DNA of 64,000 bases from an uncultured Phycisphaerales bacterium (GTDB taxonomy: Bacteria; Planctomycetota; Phycisphaerae; Tepidisphaerales; Tepidisphaeraceae). The stretch is taken from positions 3,488,001 through 3,552,000 of the forward strand of contig CAVWLP010000002.1 of the NCBI GenBank assembly GCA_963755915.1. The letters run 5' to 3'. Shown piece after piece: positions 21,781 through 33,802 of this stretch. Under the pieces are notes generated by a model. That model saw only the letters and a program-made list of their open reading frames with translations, did not search any database and was not told the DNA's origin. Every line of letters starts with the position of its first letter. Within the stretch, counting starts at the first letter, position 1. The position numbers and the translations under genes were made by a program.

Positions 21781-21917
21781 AACAAACTGAACACTTTTTC
21801 CCAGACCCGCGCCGGCTTTGCCAGCAACTCGTTCCAACTCATTTCCGGTTAAACACTTGCGTCACTCCATAAAACTAGCATTCACTAATCAATTTTTGAA
21901 AAGTGTTCAGTTTTGTT
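21781..21917. repeat. MITE-like AT-rich element with terminal inverted repeats
   Basis: aacaaactgaacactttt ... aaaagtgttcagttttgtt, followed by further gttcagt units. Confidence 0.55.
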
Positions 21918-21937
21918 CAGTTCTGTTCAGTCGCTCC

Positions 21938-23181
21938 CTAGAACTCAAAATCCGTCCCGCCCAGCCGCAGGTCCACTTCCGCCAGCACCCGCCTCTCCTC
22001 CGCCTCGTCCTTTGCCGAGAACGTAACGCTGAACCGCACATACGCCCCCGCATCATCCCACGGAACGGTGCTGATGAGCTTTTCAGTGATCAGCCACTGG
22101 CTGAAATCCTCCGCCCGCCCGAACCCGATGCGCTTTCCGTCCTTGCCCACCCCGCTGCGCGGAGATTTCACATACAGAAAAAACGACCCGCACGGCTTCC
22201 TCGCCGGCAGCTTGTGGCGATTCAAGACCGCCACCAGGCCGTCCATCCGCCGCGAATATTTCGCCGCGATCGACCGGGTGATTTCCGGATGATCCAGCGC
22301 ATAGCGCAGGCTTCTTGGATCGCCAAAAACTGCCCCGAATCCGTGTTGTCCTTCACATCCGCGTAAGCCCGGACCAGCAGCCGGTTCCCCGCCACGAACC
22401 CCAGCCGCCACCCCGTCATGTTGAACGCTTTGCTCATGGAGTGCAGCTCGATGCCGACGTCGATCGCCCCAGGCGTCGCCAGGAACGAGAGCGGCTTGCC
22501 GTCAAACACCAGCGCCGCATACGCCGCGTCGTGAATGACCACGAGATTGTGCTGCTTGGCAAACGCGACAACCGCCGCGAAGAATTCGGGCGTGGCGCTC
22601 GCGCCGGTCGGATTGTTCGGATAGTTAATCACCAGCGTCTTGGCCCGCCGAAGCTTGTCGGCCGGCACCGAGTTCAAATCGGGTAGGAAACTGTTCTTCT
22701 CCAGCAGCGGGATGTTGTGCACTTCGCCGCCGTAATACTGCGCGTGCGTTCCGAAGACGGCGTAGCCCGGCGAAGTCATGAGGGCCACGTCGCCCGGGTT
22801 GATCAGGCACGCAGGCAGAATCGAGAGTGCCGCTTTCGAGCCGATCGAGTGCACGATTTCGCTTTCAGGGTTGATCCCCTCGACGCCGCAGACGTTTTCA
22901 AGCCATCGCGCCGCGGCCTCCCTGTAGATCGCACCGCCGTTATCCGCGTAAGTCCGGTTCTGCGGTTTTCCAGCCGCGTCCGCCAGCGCCCGGATGCATT
23001 CGGGAAACGCCATCGCGTCCGGCTCGCCGACGCCCATGTCAATCAGTTCGACGTTCGGATTGGCGGCCAGGGCGGCGCGCTTCGCACGTTTGATGATTTC
23101 GAATTTGTAGATCTCCGTGCTTTTGCCGAACTGCGCGCCGCCGATGCGGTTGGCGAATAGAGACTGGATGTATGGATCCAT
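21938..23181 (-). CDS. dapL: LL-diaminopimelate aminotransferase (frameshift near 22300)
   Basis: FANRIGG..FGK..IYKFE.IKRAK, INYPNNPTGA, HDAAY, SMSKAFNMTGWR and STVPWDDAG. Confidence 0.9.
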
Positions 23182-23229
23182 AGGGCGAGGAATTCTAGCG
23201 GTTTGCCGGCGATTTGAAACAGACGCCGT

Positions 23230-23895
23230 TCATTCCTTGACTACGGCAAGCGTAAATCCGTCGTATCCCTTGGAGCCAACGGTTTGCAATGCGGTCGCAG
23301 TGACGCGTTTTTCTTTGGAAAGGAGCTCGTTGAATCGGCGGATGCCCAGCACGTCGCGGTCGGAGCTCTTGGCGTCGATGACGGCGCCCTTGCGCACCAC
23401 GTTGTCCACCACAATGACGCTGCCGGGGCGCGAGAGCTTGAGGGACCAGTTGAAGTATTCAGCCGTGCTGGCTTTGTCGGCGTCGATGAAAAAGAGATCG
23501 AAGGGGCCGCGTTTTTCTGAGGCGAGCCGCGGCAGGGTTTGGATCGCGGGCGCGGTGATGATTTCAACGATGTTGGCGAGGCCCGCCTGGGCGATGTTGG
23601 TTTGCGCGACGGCGGCGTGCTTTGGCTCAGCCTCCAGCGTGATAAGCCGCCCCTCTTTGGGAAGCGCGCGGGCCAGCCAGATGGCGCTGTACCCGCCGAG
23701 CGTGCCGATTTCCAGGATTCGGCGGGCGCCGGAGATTCTCGCCAGCAGATGCAGGAATTTCCCCTCGTTGGGGGAGACACTGATCTTCGGCAGACCAGCG
23801 GCATCGATCGCGCCCATGGCGGCGTCCAATGCCGGGTCGGGGCCGACGAGAAGGTCGGTATAGTAGCGCTCAACATCGGTCCACTGCTGCGTCAT
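23230..23895 (-). CDS. SAM-dependent O-methyltransferase (CCoAOMT-like)
   Basis: LEIGTLGGYS, FIDADK, VDNVVR and KGYDGF. Confidence 0.92.
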   Translation of the reverse strand: MTQQWTDVERYYTDLLVGPDPALDAAMGAIDAAGLPKISVSPNEGKFLHLLARISGARRILEIGTLGGYSAIWLARALPKEGRLITLEAEPKHAAVAQTNIAQAGLANIVEIITAPAIQTLPRLASEKRGPFDLFFIDADKASTAEYFNWSLKLSRPGSVIVVDNVVRKGAVIDAKSSDRDVLGIRRFNELLSKEKRVTATALQTVGSKGYDGFTLAVVKE

Positions 23896-25078
23896 AGGTC
23901 TCCCGGGCTGATTGTTTTGATCGTCTTTGCGAGCTGATCGAAATCGTCTTGCGTATTGTAGATCTGACAGCACGGCCGGGCGTGAATTTTTTCCTGCCAG
24001 CGGAACAGAGGAACTTCGATCTTATATTGGTCGTGCAGCCGCGATTGGAGCACGCCAAGCTGCGAATCGGTCAGCTCGTCGAGCGGCGGCGGCAGGGGAA
24101 CGGTGGCCATCGAGCCGAGCATCGAACCGTCGAGAGGGCTGAGTGAGGTGGTTTGCCAAAAATCGCAAAGCATTTGATTCACCCAGACCGCCATTTGGTG
24201 ATTGTGCGAAAAGAGTTTCTCCCAGCCGAGGTCGGCCATGAACTGGACGGCGCGCGGGATCGTGAACCATGCCGCGAAATCGCGCGTGCCTTGCCAGACG
24301 AATTCGGCCGGGAGGCCTTTGCCCAGGTTGTGACTGATGATGGTCGGATGGAAATCGCTTTGACGATCGGGGCGAACCCAGACGAAGGCGCACCCCTTCG
24401 GAGCAAACGCCCATTTGTGGAGGTTGCCGGAATAATAAGCTGGCGCGAGTTTGGCGATCTTGAGATCGAGCATGCCCGGCGCATGGGCGCCGTCGATGAG
24501 CACGTCGACGTTTCGGCTCGCGCAGGCTGAGATGATCTCGGCCACTGGGAAGACGATGGCGGTGGGGGAGGTGACGTGGTCGATCACCAGAAGCCGGGTG
24601 CCCGGCGAGAGCGCGGAGACGATCGCCCGGAGGATCGCCTCCGGCGACTCGATGGGGGTGGGGATATCGATTTCACGATAGCCGGCGCCGCTGCGCTGCG
24701 CGACGTATTTCATGGCCTGCCGGACGGCGTTGTAAACATGATTCGTAGTGAGCAGCTCGTCTCCGCTGCTGAACCGGCGCAGCGCAGCACACAGTTGATT
24801 GCCTCGGTGGCATTGGTGACCAGGCCGAAGTCGGCGGGCTGCATGCCGAGCCAGTCGCCGACGGCGGATTTGGCGATGTCAATAAGTTTTGCCGACTGGC
24901 GGCCCAGGATTTCAACCGGGTCGTTTTCAATGCGCATTCGCCAGGCAGTATGTTCGTCAAAAACGACGCGCGGCATCGCGCCGAACGAGCCGTGATTGAG
25001 CATCGCCAAGCCCGGCGCCAGCATAAACTGGTCGCGCATGTTGGGGCGAAGCGGAGAAGGTGGTCCCTGAAGTTTCAT
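23892..25078 (-). CDS. Class V aminotransferase (isopenicillin-N epimerase / EgtE-like C-S lyase), frameshifted
   Basis: LNHGSFGA, NATE, DHVTSPTA, DGAHAPG, GNLHKW and QGTRD. Confidence 0.88.
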
Positions 25079-27065
25079 TGGGCTCCTGCTCCGCACCATA
25101 TTTGCCACATTTCGCGATAGGCCGATTCGACGTTGCGTGCGAATTGTGGCCCGTTCATCAGGGGCGACGCCAGCATGCGCGACCGCAATCCGGGCGCAGT
25201 TCATCGCGAAGTTTCCGGTTTTGTGCCAGGTCCACGGCGATGCGAACGTAATCCGCGGGACTTTGGGCAACGAATTGCGGTAGCCCGACGTTGGTGAGCA
25301 GGCTCACGCCAACGCGCGAGACGTGAGATTTTCCCGCCAGCGTGACGACTGGAAGCCCCATCCACAGGGATTCGCAGGTAGTGGTCGTGCCGTGATACGG
25401 AAACGTATCGAGCGCGATGTCGGCATCGAAATAGACTTTCAGATGGTCGCCCGCCCCCGGAGCGTAGGGACGAACATCGACACGGTCTTCGGAAACACCG
25501 CGCTTCGCGAATTCGGCGATCAGGCGCTTCTGGGTGGAGAGGGGACCCGTTCCCGATGATTTAAATAATATGTGCGCATGCGGAACGGCTTTGAGCAGAT
25601 CACCCCAGAGGTCAAGGACCTCGGGGCTTACCTTTGCCAATGCGTTGAAGCACGCGAAAGTCAGGCGGTCTTCGACGCGCATCTGGATCTCGGGGCTTTC
25701 GACCGGCGGCTGATAGCACCAGGCGCAGTCGGGCAGGCGCCAGAGTTTTTCGACGCAAAGTTCGTCGGCAAGTCCGGGGGGATCGACCAAGGCATCGGTG
25801 AAGCGATAGTCGATGGCGGCGATGCCGGTGGTATTTGGATAGCCGAGATAGGTGACCTGAACCGGCGCCGGTTTTTGGTTGAAGATGCCGAGACGATTTC
25901 CACCGGTGTGGCCGGTGAGATCGACGAGAATGTCGATCTGATCGGAGCGGATCAGGGTGGCCGCGTCTGCGTCGCTTTTGCCCAGGATCTCGCGCCAGTG
26001 TTGGAACAACGGTTTCATCCCCTCGGTCACAGTGTCTTCCTTGACCACGTTCGCGTAGGCGAAAAGCTCCACATTTTGCGGGTTGTGATTCTGTAGAAGG
26101 GGGAGGGTGAAAAAAGAGACGACGTGCCGGCGGAAATCCGGGGAGACGTAGCCGATGCGCAGGCGACGGTCTGGCGCTCGGTCGTTGGTGAAGGCAGGGG
26201 GTTCGACAGTCGGCAGGAGATGACGGGCTGCCCAGGCGCGGTGCTCTTCAAAAAGGGCCCGAGGATCGTCCCAGGAGAGATAGTTCAGCGTGAAGAGCAC
26301 GTCGCCTTGAATTTCGGGACTGTTGGGCTCGATCTGGCTTGCCTTGCGGTAGGCGGCAAGGGCCTCATCGACGCGGCCGAGGGTGCGGCGGACGTGACCG
26401 AGGTTGCTCCAGGCGGCGGCAAAATCGGGACGAAGGTCGATGGCACGGTTCAACTCCGTTTCCGCCTCATCGAGGGCCCGATTGTTCATCTGTGTGATGA
26501 CAGAGCGGACCATAGCGACACCAACATTATTGAACGCATCGGCGTGGTTGGGATCGAGAGCCAGGGCGGCGCGGAAAGCTTCCGCGGCATGCTCGGGGTC
26601 TTCGTTGACCAGCAGGGCCATGCCCAGGCTGTTGTGGGCATCGGGGTTTTGCGGCTGGAGGCGGACGGACTGGCGCTGGCAAGCGACGGCTTCCTCGGGC
26701 TGGCCGCGCTCGCGCAGCAGGTTTCCGAGGTTGCGGTGAGATTCGGGGAATTCGGGCTGGAGGCGCACCGCCTCGCGAAAGGCGGCGATGGCCTCGTCGA
26801 CCTTTGCGCTGTTGCGCAGAGCGTTGCCGAGGTTGTAATAAAGTTGTCCGGAGGGCTGGAGCTTGACAGCGCGTTGGAGAAGGGGGATGGCTTCGTCGAA
26901 ATGCTGCATCTGCGCGGCGATGACGCCGAGGGCTTGAAGGACGCCGGCGTTGTTGGGTTGTTTTGCGAGGAGGGAGCGGAAGATTTTTTCGGCCTGGTTG
27001 AGATCGCCTGTCGCGTTGGCCTGGAGGCCGCGGTGCATGGCGCGGTTGAATTCAATCGGCGTCAT
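25075..27065 (-). CDS. TPR-containing O-GlcNAc transferase (SPINDLY/GT41 family), frameshift near the C-terminus
   Basis: TPR repeats, RLRIGYVSPDFRRH, DILVDLTGHT, KPAPVQVTYLGYPNTTG and DTFPYHGTTTTCE. Confidence 0.92.
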
Positions 27066-27526
27066 CGGGGGCGAGGAATATAAACCGGGCGCTGGCGGCG
27101 ATCCAAATGGGACGCGGGTCAAACAGTTTGTTGGGGGGACTTTTGATTTTTCGTTTGGCCCTTCGGGTACAAAAGGTAACAGTCCGCAACAAGCTGGGTA
27201 GGATGGGCAATTTGGGGTAGAGGACATGGGGTGTATGGACATTGTTTAGTCTCGATTGTGTTTTTATTGTGGATATGCGATTTCAGGGCAAATTCGAAAC
27301 TCGAATGTTTGAAGAACGGATTCATCGCCGAGTCGCGGGCGGGGCAAAGCGCATAACATGCTCTATAGACGCGATAGGCGGATTCTGGATACTGCGGGTG
27401 CGGAAACAGAGACGAAGCGATGAGGGTTCGGTCTCGGTGCATTGGGGTGACGGGATTTGAACTGCGCCGTCACCGCTCGAGATTCCACTGAGATAATCAA
27501 TCACGGTTTCGTTTAAGTGAATCGCA

Positions 27527-27590
27527 TTTCTTGGCGCTCTTGGCGGTTATGAAGATTTTAACCGCCAAGACGCCAAGAGTGCCAAGAAAA
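27527..27590. repeat. REP-like palindrome (ttcttggcg..cttggcggtta / taaccgccaag.cgccaag)
   Basis: Inverted repeat visible in the sequence. Confidence 0.6.
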
Positions 27591-27657
27591 AAGATAGGGG
27601 GCCTTTACGGACGGGGTGATCAGTGACGGCCCCTTCAATAATAAACCCTCCGCCCCC

Positions 27658-28536
27658 TCATCGCGCCCGCTTCCGCCTCGCGGCCAACAGGCTAATCCCA
27701 ATCCCAACCAGACCCAGGCTCGCCGGCTCGGGAACAACGGCGGCGCCCGTCGTGAAGTCCACCTCCGTCTTGGTATCGAATAACTGGAATTGATTCACAT
27801 TATTGCCATCGGTGGTGCCGATGCGGTCGTCGAACGTCAACAGCACCGAGTAGCTGGTATCCGGCGCCAACGTGCTCGCGGGGATCACAAAGTTAGTCAG
27901 GCTCGCGGTCTGATCTGTGTACGTGGAGTAGACATCCGCGCCAAAGCCCGAAGTATACACGTCGAGAAACACGTAATGGTCGGCCCCGGCGGTGACGCCA
28001 AAGTCGGGGTTATCCAGCATCGGCGCGAACGCGACATTGATCGGCTGGCTCGTATCCGCTCCCTGCAACCCGTTAAAACTGGCCGCCGTCAGGGTCGGCA
28101 TATTCGCGGTGTAAAAGTCCGACGTATAGTTGATCGTGCTTGAGACCGGCCCGTTCGTTCCGCCGGTGAGACCATAGGTGTAACTGCCAAACGGGTAATC
28201 GGAATCCATCGCCGCCTGGGTGGGATAGGATGCGCTTTGGGTTATGTAATACCCCGCTGCCGTCTCGTTGTTTAAGAAAGTGTACGTTCCCGGAACGTCG
28301 ACCATCGCGGCAGGACTGCTTGGACCTGGATAAGTCAGCGTGGCATTATCGAAATCACCCGTATTTTGGTAAAAGGCGCGGGCTGCAAAATAGTCGTTCG
28401 TATCGGCCATGGTGCCGCCGGCAGAGACCTGCGTTTGCTGGAGCGATTTTCCCAGGTCAACCGTTATCAGCTGGGCCTGGGCAGCGCCACTGAAACCGCC
28501 GATCAGGCACACAACTGCAAATCGCAGAGCTTTCAT
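27658..28536 (-). CDS. PEP-CTERM sorting domain protein
   Basis: Signal peptide; C-terminal VPEPASLGLVGIGISLLAARRKRAR. Confidence 0.88.
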   Translation of the reverse strand: MKALRFAVVCLIGGFSGAAQAQLITVDLGKSLQQTQVSAGGTMADTNDYFAARAFYQNTGDFDNATLTYPGPSSPAAMVDVPGTYTFLNNETAAGYYITQSASYPTQAAMDSDYPFGSYTYGLTGGTNGPVSSTINYTSDFYTANMPTLTAASFNGLQGADTSQPINVAFAPMLDNPDFGVTAGADHYVFLDVYTSGFGADVYSTYTDQTASLTNFVIPASTLAPDTSYSVLLTFDDRIGTTDGNNVNQFQLFDTKTEVDFTTGAAVVPEPASLGLVGIGISLLAARRKRAR

Positions 28537-29047
28537 GAGGAACCTCCTGGAGAGCGTCAAAACCACACCCACGGCAAGTGCTGAACGTCAAGGAGCCAAG
28601 CGCGTCTTTACCAAAGGCAATGCCTGGCAAACGAATGAAGAGAGGCTGAATAAAAAAGAGCGACGCAACTGCGGTAGCACCCGACGCTTTTCAGCCTAAG
28701 GCAAATATATACAAGGCAAGCGGGAAGGCAAAACATTTTGGACGATTAACGAAATCCTCACATCTAGAGATGCACTTTCTGCTTCCTGATTTCCCGCCAC
28801 CACGAAGAATGGGGGGTTATGGATTTCTCACGGCCCTTTTACTCCCCGGCATGGGCAATGGTGGATGCGCCAAACTCCCGGATCACGAATGGAGGAGGCA
28901 ACGCGATCACTGTTGGAGATTAAAATCGGGACAACAAGACGGCTGTTGAACTTTTTCTGGCTTGCGCCCGGGGACTCGACGCCTCAATCCGGTTTTTGCC
29001 TTAAGCCCCCCTTGATCTGAGGATAAAGATCGACAATACTTAGTCGA

Positions 29048-29401
29048 ATGGCTAACAATTATGCCCAACTCGACCGCGTCTACCGCGCCTTGGGAGACCC
29101 GACGCGCCGGGCAGTGATAGAGCGATTGTGCGAGGGAGCCGCATCTGTTGGCGACTTAGCCAAGCCCTTCGACATGGCATTACCAACGTTCCTCCAGCAC
29201 CTGAAGGTAATGGAGGAATGCGGGCTGCTTAAGTCCCGAAAGGCGGGCCGGGTTCGAACTTTTGAGTTCGAACCAAAGGTATTAAAAAAGGCGGAAAGCT
29301 GGATGGCGGCACAGCGGGCCATCTGGGAACAACGCTTTGACCAATTCGACGATTACGTCAAGACTTTAAGGCACAAGGAGAAAACCAATGAGCCGGCTTA
29401 A
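29048..29401 (+). CDS. ArsR/SmtB family transcriptional regulator
   Basis: ALGDPTRR..., HLKVME..GL...K.GRVR; imperfect palindrome tacttag..ctaa overlaps the start. Confidence 0.9.
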   Translation: MANNYAQLDRVYRALGDPTRRAVIERLCEGAASVGDLAKPFDMALPTFLQHLKVMEECGLLKSRKAGRVRTFEFEPKVLKKAESWMAAQRAIWEQRFDQFDDYVKTLRHKEKTNEPA

Positions 29402-29867
29402 CCCCGAACTCGACCTGATCTTTGAACGTGTGGTGGATGTCCCGCCAGAACTCGTGTGGGCCGCGTGGACCAAACCGCAGCACATCAAAAAGTGGTTCAC
29501 CCCGGCTCCATGGACGACGATCGATTGTGAAATTGACCTTCGGCCAGGTGGGATTTTTCGCACGGTCATGCGTTCACCAGAAGGGCATGAGTTTCCGAAT
29601 GTGGGTTGCTACCTTGAAATCATCGATAATCAAAAGCTCGTATGGACCGGCGCCTTGGAGCCTGGCTACCGTCCGCGCGACACTTCCGGTTTTCCATTCG
29701 TTTTCACGGCGATCATCAAGCTCGAACCGCATGGAAGTGGGACAAAGTACGTGGCCTGCCTCCTGCACAGTGATGCGGCCGGCCGGAAGAAGCATGAGGA
29801 TATGGGTTTTCACACCGGCTGGGGGAAAGCCCTTGATCAACTGGTCGCACTCGCAAAAACGATGTAA
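29388..29867 (+). CDS. SRPBCC/AHSA1 family protein
   Basis: [22 protein letters not shown] and HEDMGFH.GW. Confidence 0.9.
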   Translation: MSRLNPELDLIFERVVDVPPELVWAAWTKPQHIKKWFTPAPWTTIDCEIDLRPGGIFRTVMRSPEGHEFPNVGCYLEIIDNQKLVWTGALEPGYRPRDTSGFPFVFTAIIKLEPHGSGTKYVACLLHSDAAGRKKHEDMGFHTGWGKALDQLVALAKTM

Positions 29868-29925
29868 GCACATCGACGGTAGTAAACGGCCAAGATTTCA
29901 AAATAATCGGTGGCCATTTGGACGC

Positions 29926-29965
29926 TTGACAATGGCAGAAAACGCGATATAGTTTCCTAGGAAAT
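29926..29965 (+). promoter_or_regulatory. Promoter TTGACA-16-TATAGT with an overlapping palindromic operator TTTCCTAGGAAA (probable MarR box)
   Basis: Perfect 12-bp palindrome directly after the -10, upstream of an operon containing marR. Confidence 0.65.
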
Positions 29966-29984
29966 CATTGAAGGAACCTTTCCT

Positions 29985-30380
29985 ATGGACATTGTCACCA
30001 AATCGGTTTTTCTGAAGTGTTCATCTCAGGCAGCGTGGAAATTGCTTGCCGACGGGGGGCAATGGCCGCGATGGGCTGTCCGGAATGTTCTGGCGTCCAG
30101 GACGGCCGGGGAGAATCGCTGGGAGATCCGGACGCCCCGCGGGCCGGGGGTGCTGGAGATTCGTGGCGTCGAGGCGTTTGGGATTCTCGATCACGACTTC
30201 ATCGACCCCAAGGAGGGGAAATGGAGCGTGCCGGCCCGGGTGGTTTCGGTTTCGACGGGGTCGGTGTTCATCATGACGCTGGAAAAACCTGCGGGGATGC
30301 CGAGGGACGCCTTTGAGCTTGGGCTGAAGGGGTTGGACGACGAGCTGGCCCAGTTGGCACAGTTAGCCTCGTCGCTTTGA
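29985..30380 (+). CDS. Polyketide cyclase / SRPBCC-like protein
   Basis: PRWA..., FGILDHDF and VPARVV. Confidence 0.7.
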   Translation: MDIVTKSVFLKCSSQAAWKLLADGGQWPRWAVRNVLASRTAGENRWEIRTPRGPGVLEIRGVEAFGILDHDFIDPKEGKWSVPARVVSVSTGSVFIMTLEKPAGMPRDAFELGLKGLDDELAQLAQLASSL

Positions 30381-30389
30381 GGAGAGCCG

Positions 30390-30851
30390 ATGGCGAGGAA
30401 AATCGAAGTCAGCGAACTGGAAAAACATCTCGGCTATTGGCTGCGGTTCGTCTCGAACCACGTCTCGCATGCGTTCATGCAGAAAGTGGAAGCGAAAGGC
30501 GTCACGGTTGCGGAGTGGGCAATCATGCGGGAAATGCTGGAGGCGGGGCCGGTGAATCCGAGTGAGTTGGCGGAGCGATTGGGCATGACGCGGGGAGCGA
30601 TTTCCAAGCTGGTCGAACGGCTTCGTCGCAAGGAATTTGCCGAGCGAACGGCGTCGAAGGGAGATCGCCGGTACCAGAGCGTGACTCTGACGGCGAAGGG
30701 GGAAAAGCTGGTTCCGAAGCTGGCCCAGCTTGCCGACGAGAACGACCGGGAGTTTTTCGGGCATCTCGGTGGAGAAGAGCAGGCGGGTCTTGTCCGGTTG
30801 CTCAAGGATGTGGTTCAGCGGCATGGATGGAAGGATGTTCCAGTCAGTTGA
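30390..30851 (+). CDS. MarR family transcriptional regulator
   Basis: HLGYWLRFVSNHVS, LGMTRGAISKL and DRR...LT.KG. Confidence 0.92.
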   Translation: MARKIEVSELEKHLGYWLRFVSNHVSHAFMQKVEAKGVTVAEWAIMREMLEAGPVNPSELAERLGMTRGAISKLVERLRRKEFAERTASKGDRRYQSVTLTAKGEKLVPKLAQLADENDREFFGHLGGEEQAGLVRLLKDVVQRHGWKDVPVS

Positions 30852-30882
30852 ATTGTTTGGTTCTAACCAGAAGGAGATATTT

Positions 30883-31167
30883 ATGATCGGCGGCGTGAAG
30901 CATGTGGTCGTGAATGAAGGGCAGGAAGAGAGTTTTCTTGCCCTGTTTCGAACGCTGAAATCGGAGATGGCCACGCATGAGCCGGGGAACGTGTACTACG
31001 ACTTGTACCGGTCGCGGAAGGCGCCGCGGACGTACGTGGTGACGGAGCGCTATCGTGATGAGGCGGCTTTCAAGTCGCATCAAACATCGGCGTATGGGCC
31101 GGGGCTTTTTAAGCAGATGCGGGCGATCATCACGATCGAGGTGGAGTATTTTGACAGCGTCGAATAA
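30883..31167 (+). CDS. Antibiotic biosynthesis monooxygenase (ABM) family protein
   Basis: EPGNVYYDL..., ERYRDEAAF.SH; RBS aaggag. Confidence 0.8.
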   Translation: MIGGVKHVVVNEGQEESFLALFRTLKSEMATHEPGNVYYDLYRSRKAPRTYVVTERYRDEAAFKSHQTSAYGPGLFKQMRAIITIEVEYFDSVE

Positions 31168-31517
31168 TTGCAGGAAAGGCTGGCTGGGCGTGTGTTTTGC
31201 CATGCCCAATTTTCCCAAAGCGCCCAGTTTGTTGCGGAGTGTCAAGTTTTGTATTGAAGGGGATGGGACAAAAATATCGCGGGTCGTGAGCAAATTGTCT
31301 CGCACGCTTCGCGGAATTTTTTTGCGCTACGAGTAAAAACCCCCTCCCCAACCCTCCCCTCTTCGAGCCTGAGCCTCAGAGCCGAAGGCCGGATTACCGG
31401 GGGCGGGGGAAGAGTGAGAGCTTTTTCTTTCATACTGAAATTAAAGGGTGTTTCGAGTAGATTGGTGGGCTTGGTACGGAAGGGCGGATGGGCCGGGCTG
31501 TTTGCGGACAATACATC

Positions 31518-33575
31518 ATGAATCACACTCAGTGGCGATATTCTGTCTGGGTTGCAGCGCTCGCACTTCTGGGTCCGGTGGCGGCATACGCGGACGGGGA
31601 TGGGACGCATATATTGCCGATGGACAGCCTGGCTCAGGAGCATTTCGGGAACGACGCGCCTTGGTATGAGCAGAACATACCCTTCTTCGATTGCTCGGAT
31701 CCCCAGATCACCCAGGTTTATTACTACCGCTGGCAGCTCTATAAATCGCACCTGCGGGATCTGGGTGACCGGGGGTATATCGTCACGGAATTTTTGGATG
31801 ATGTCGGCTGGGCCAAGCGGCCGTATCAAAGCCTCAACGATGCCACCGCGTTCCACATCTATGAAGGGAGATGGCTGAAAGACAACCGCTATGTCAAAGA
31901 GTACATCGATTACATGTACACCGGCGGGGGGAACGATCGGCATTTCAGCGAAGCCATCCCGGACGCGGTCTGGGGCTTTTACCTGGTGAATGGCGATCGG
32001 TCGTTTGCCACGAAGCATCTGGACGTGATGCAGCACATTTTTCACCTGTGGGACGACCGGTTCGACTTTTCGAAGAATCTGTACTTCATCGAGCCGATTT
32101 TGGACGCGACGGAATATTCGATCGCTTCAATCGACGCGACCGGCGGGCGGGACGGATTTCTCGGGGGCAACGCGTTTCGGCCGACGATCAACAGCTTCAT
32201 GTTTGCCAATGCGGTGGCGATCAGCAAGCTCGCGCAGCTCGCGGGGGATCGCGAGACGGCGCGGACGTTTGCCCGCACGGCGGCATCGATCAGGGAAAAC
32301 GTGCAGAAGAGTTTGTGGAATGGCGAGATGAACCATTTTGTGGATAGGTTCCAGGTAAACAATGAGTTTGTGCAATACTGGAACTTTGTGAGAGGGCGCG
32401 AGCTGGAGGGATACGTTCCGTGGTATTTCAATCTGCCGGATAACGACGAACGATTTGCGGCGTCGTGGCGACATCTGCTTTCGACCCAGGAGTTCGCGGG
32501 GCCGTACGGGCTTCGAACGGTGGAGCCGTCGTATGAGTATTACATGAGGCAGTACCGCTATGACGGGCCGACGGGGCGGCCGGAGTGTCAGTGGAACGGG
32601 CCCACCTGGCCGTTTGATACGACGCTGGTGCTGGGGGCGATGGCGAATCTGTTGAACAATTATTCGCAGGATGTGATTCACGCTGAGGATTATGTGAGGC
32701 TGCTTCGGCAATATGCGCATCAGCATTACCTCAATGGCCAACTTGACCTTCAGGAGGATTACAATCCTGATACGGGGCAGGTGATGGTGGGCTTGGCGCG
32801 CAGCCACCATTACAACCATTCCGACTTCGTCGATCTGGTGATATCGGGGCTGGTGGGTTTGCGGCCGCGGGCGGACGAGGTTCTTGAAGTCAATCCGCTG
32901 ATTCCGGTTGATGCGACCGGCGCAAATTCGATCAGTTATTTCTGCCTGGAAAATGTTCTATATCACGGGCAATTGGTGACGATTTTGTACGACCGCGATG
33001 GCACGCATTATGGATTGGGGGCGGGGCTGAGCGTGTATGTGGATGGGGCGCAGGTGATTGCGCCGTCGGAGGTGGGGAAGAAGACGGTGAAGATCGCCGA
33101 GGCGCCGGCGCCGAAATATGAGCCGCTGCCGGTGAATCTGGCGGTCAATTTTCGAAGGAGCGGGTTCCCAGTGCCATCGGCATCGATTAACGATGGGCCT
33201 GACGATTTTTACCGGGCGATTGACGGGCGGGTGTGGTTTTACCCGAACGTGAAAAACTACTGGTCGACGGTGGGCTCGGGGGGGACGCAGGATTGGTATG
33301 GTCTGGATTTCGGGCGCGACGTGTCGATGCGTTCGGTCAAGCTGTACTTTTATAGTGACGGGCAAGTTTTCAAGTCGCCCGACAGCTTTAAGCTGGAGTA
33401 CTGGAACGGCGGAGATTGGGCTGAGGTGCCGGGCCAAGTGAGGAAGCCGGATGGGCCGCTGGGTAATGGGGAGAACAGGGTCAGTTTTCCTGTCGTGCAG
33501 ACGTCGCGGTTGCGGGTGGTGTTCGACCATCAGAAAGACGCGGCGGTTGCGCTGGTGGAAATCCAAGTCTATTGA
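31518..33575 (+). CDS. MGH1/GH63-like glycoside hydrolase with C-terminal discoidin-like domain
   Basis: NIPFFDC...YYYRW, HIYEGRW, RPTINS, CQWNGP.WP and HYNHS. Confidence 0.8.
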   Translation: MNHTQWRYSVWVAALALLGPVAAYADGDGTHILPMDSLAQEHFGNDAPWYEQNIPFFDCSDPQITQVYYYRWQLYKSHLRDLGDRGYIVTEFLDDVGWAKRPYQSLNDATAFHIYEGRWLKDNRYVKEYIDYMYTGGGNDRHFSEAIPDAVWGFYLVNGDRSFATKHLDVMQHIFHLWDDRFDFSKNLYFIEPILDATEYSIASIDATGGRDGFLGGNAFRPTINSFMFANAVAISKLAQLAGDRETARTFARTAASIRENVQKSLWNGEMNHFVDRFQVNNEFVQYWNFVRGRELEGYVPWYFNLPDNDERFAASWRHLLSTQEFAGPYGLRTVEPSYEYYMRQYRYDGPTGRPECQWNGPTWPFDTTLVLGAMANLLNNYSQDVIHAEDYVRLLRQYAHQHYLNGQLDLQEDYNPDTGQVMVGLARSHHYNHSDFVDLVISGLVGLRPRADEVLEVNPLIPVDATGANSISYFCLENVLYHGQLVTILYDRDGTHYGLGAGLSVYVDGAQVIAPSEVGKKTVKIAEAPAPKYEPLPVNLAVNFRRSGFPVPSASINDGPDDFYRAIDGRVWFYPNVKNYWSTVGSGGTQDWYGLDFGRDVSMRSVKLYFYSDGQVFKSPDSFKLEYWNGGDWAEVPGQVRKPDGPLGNGENRVSFPVVQTSRLRVVFDHQKDAAVALVEIQVY

Positions 33576-33802
33576 TCCGGTCGGAATTTCTTTGACTTCG
33601 CGATGGTTTCCCACGAAAATGGTCCTCGCGGAGAAGTTCATTTCAGCGCAGAATCTGGCGTTCATTTCGGGAGAATTCTTAGTGCTCCCTGCCAATCGGG
33701 CTGAAATTCGACATTCGTTTCTCGCTTAGTGCAATTAACACAGATCAAAGCCAAGGCTGCGGGCCTGCGGCCGCGCGGGCCCAATGACCGCGTGAATTAA
33801 TC

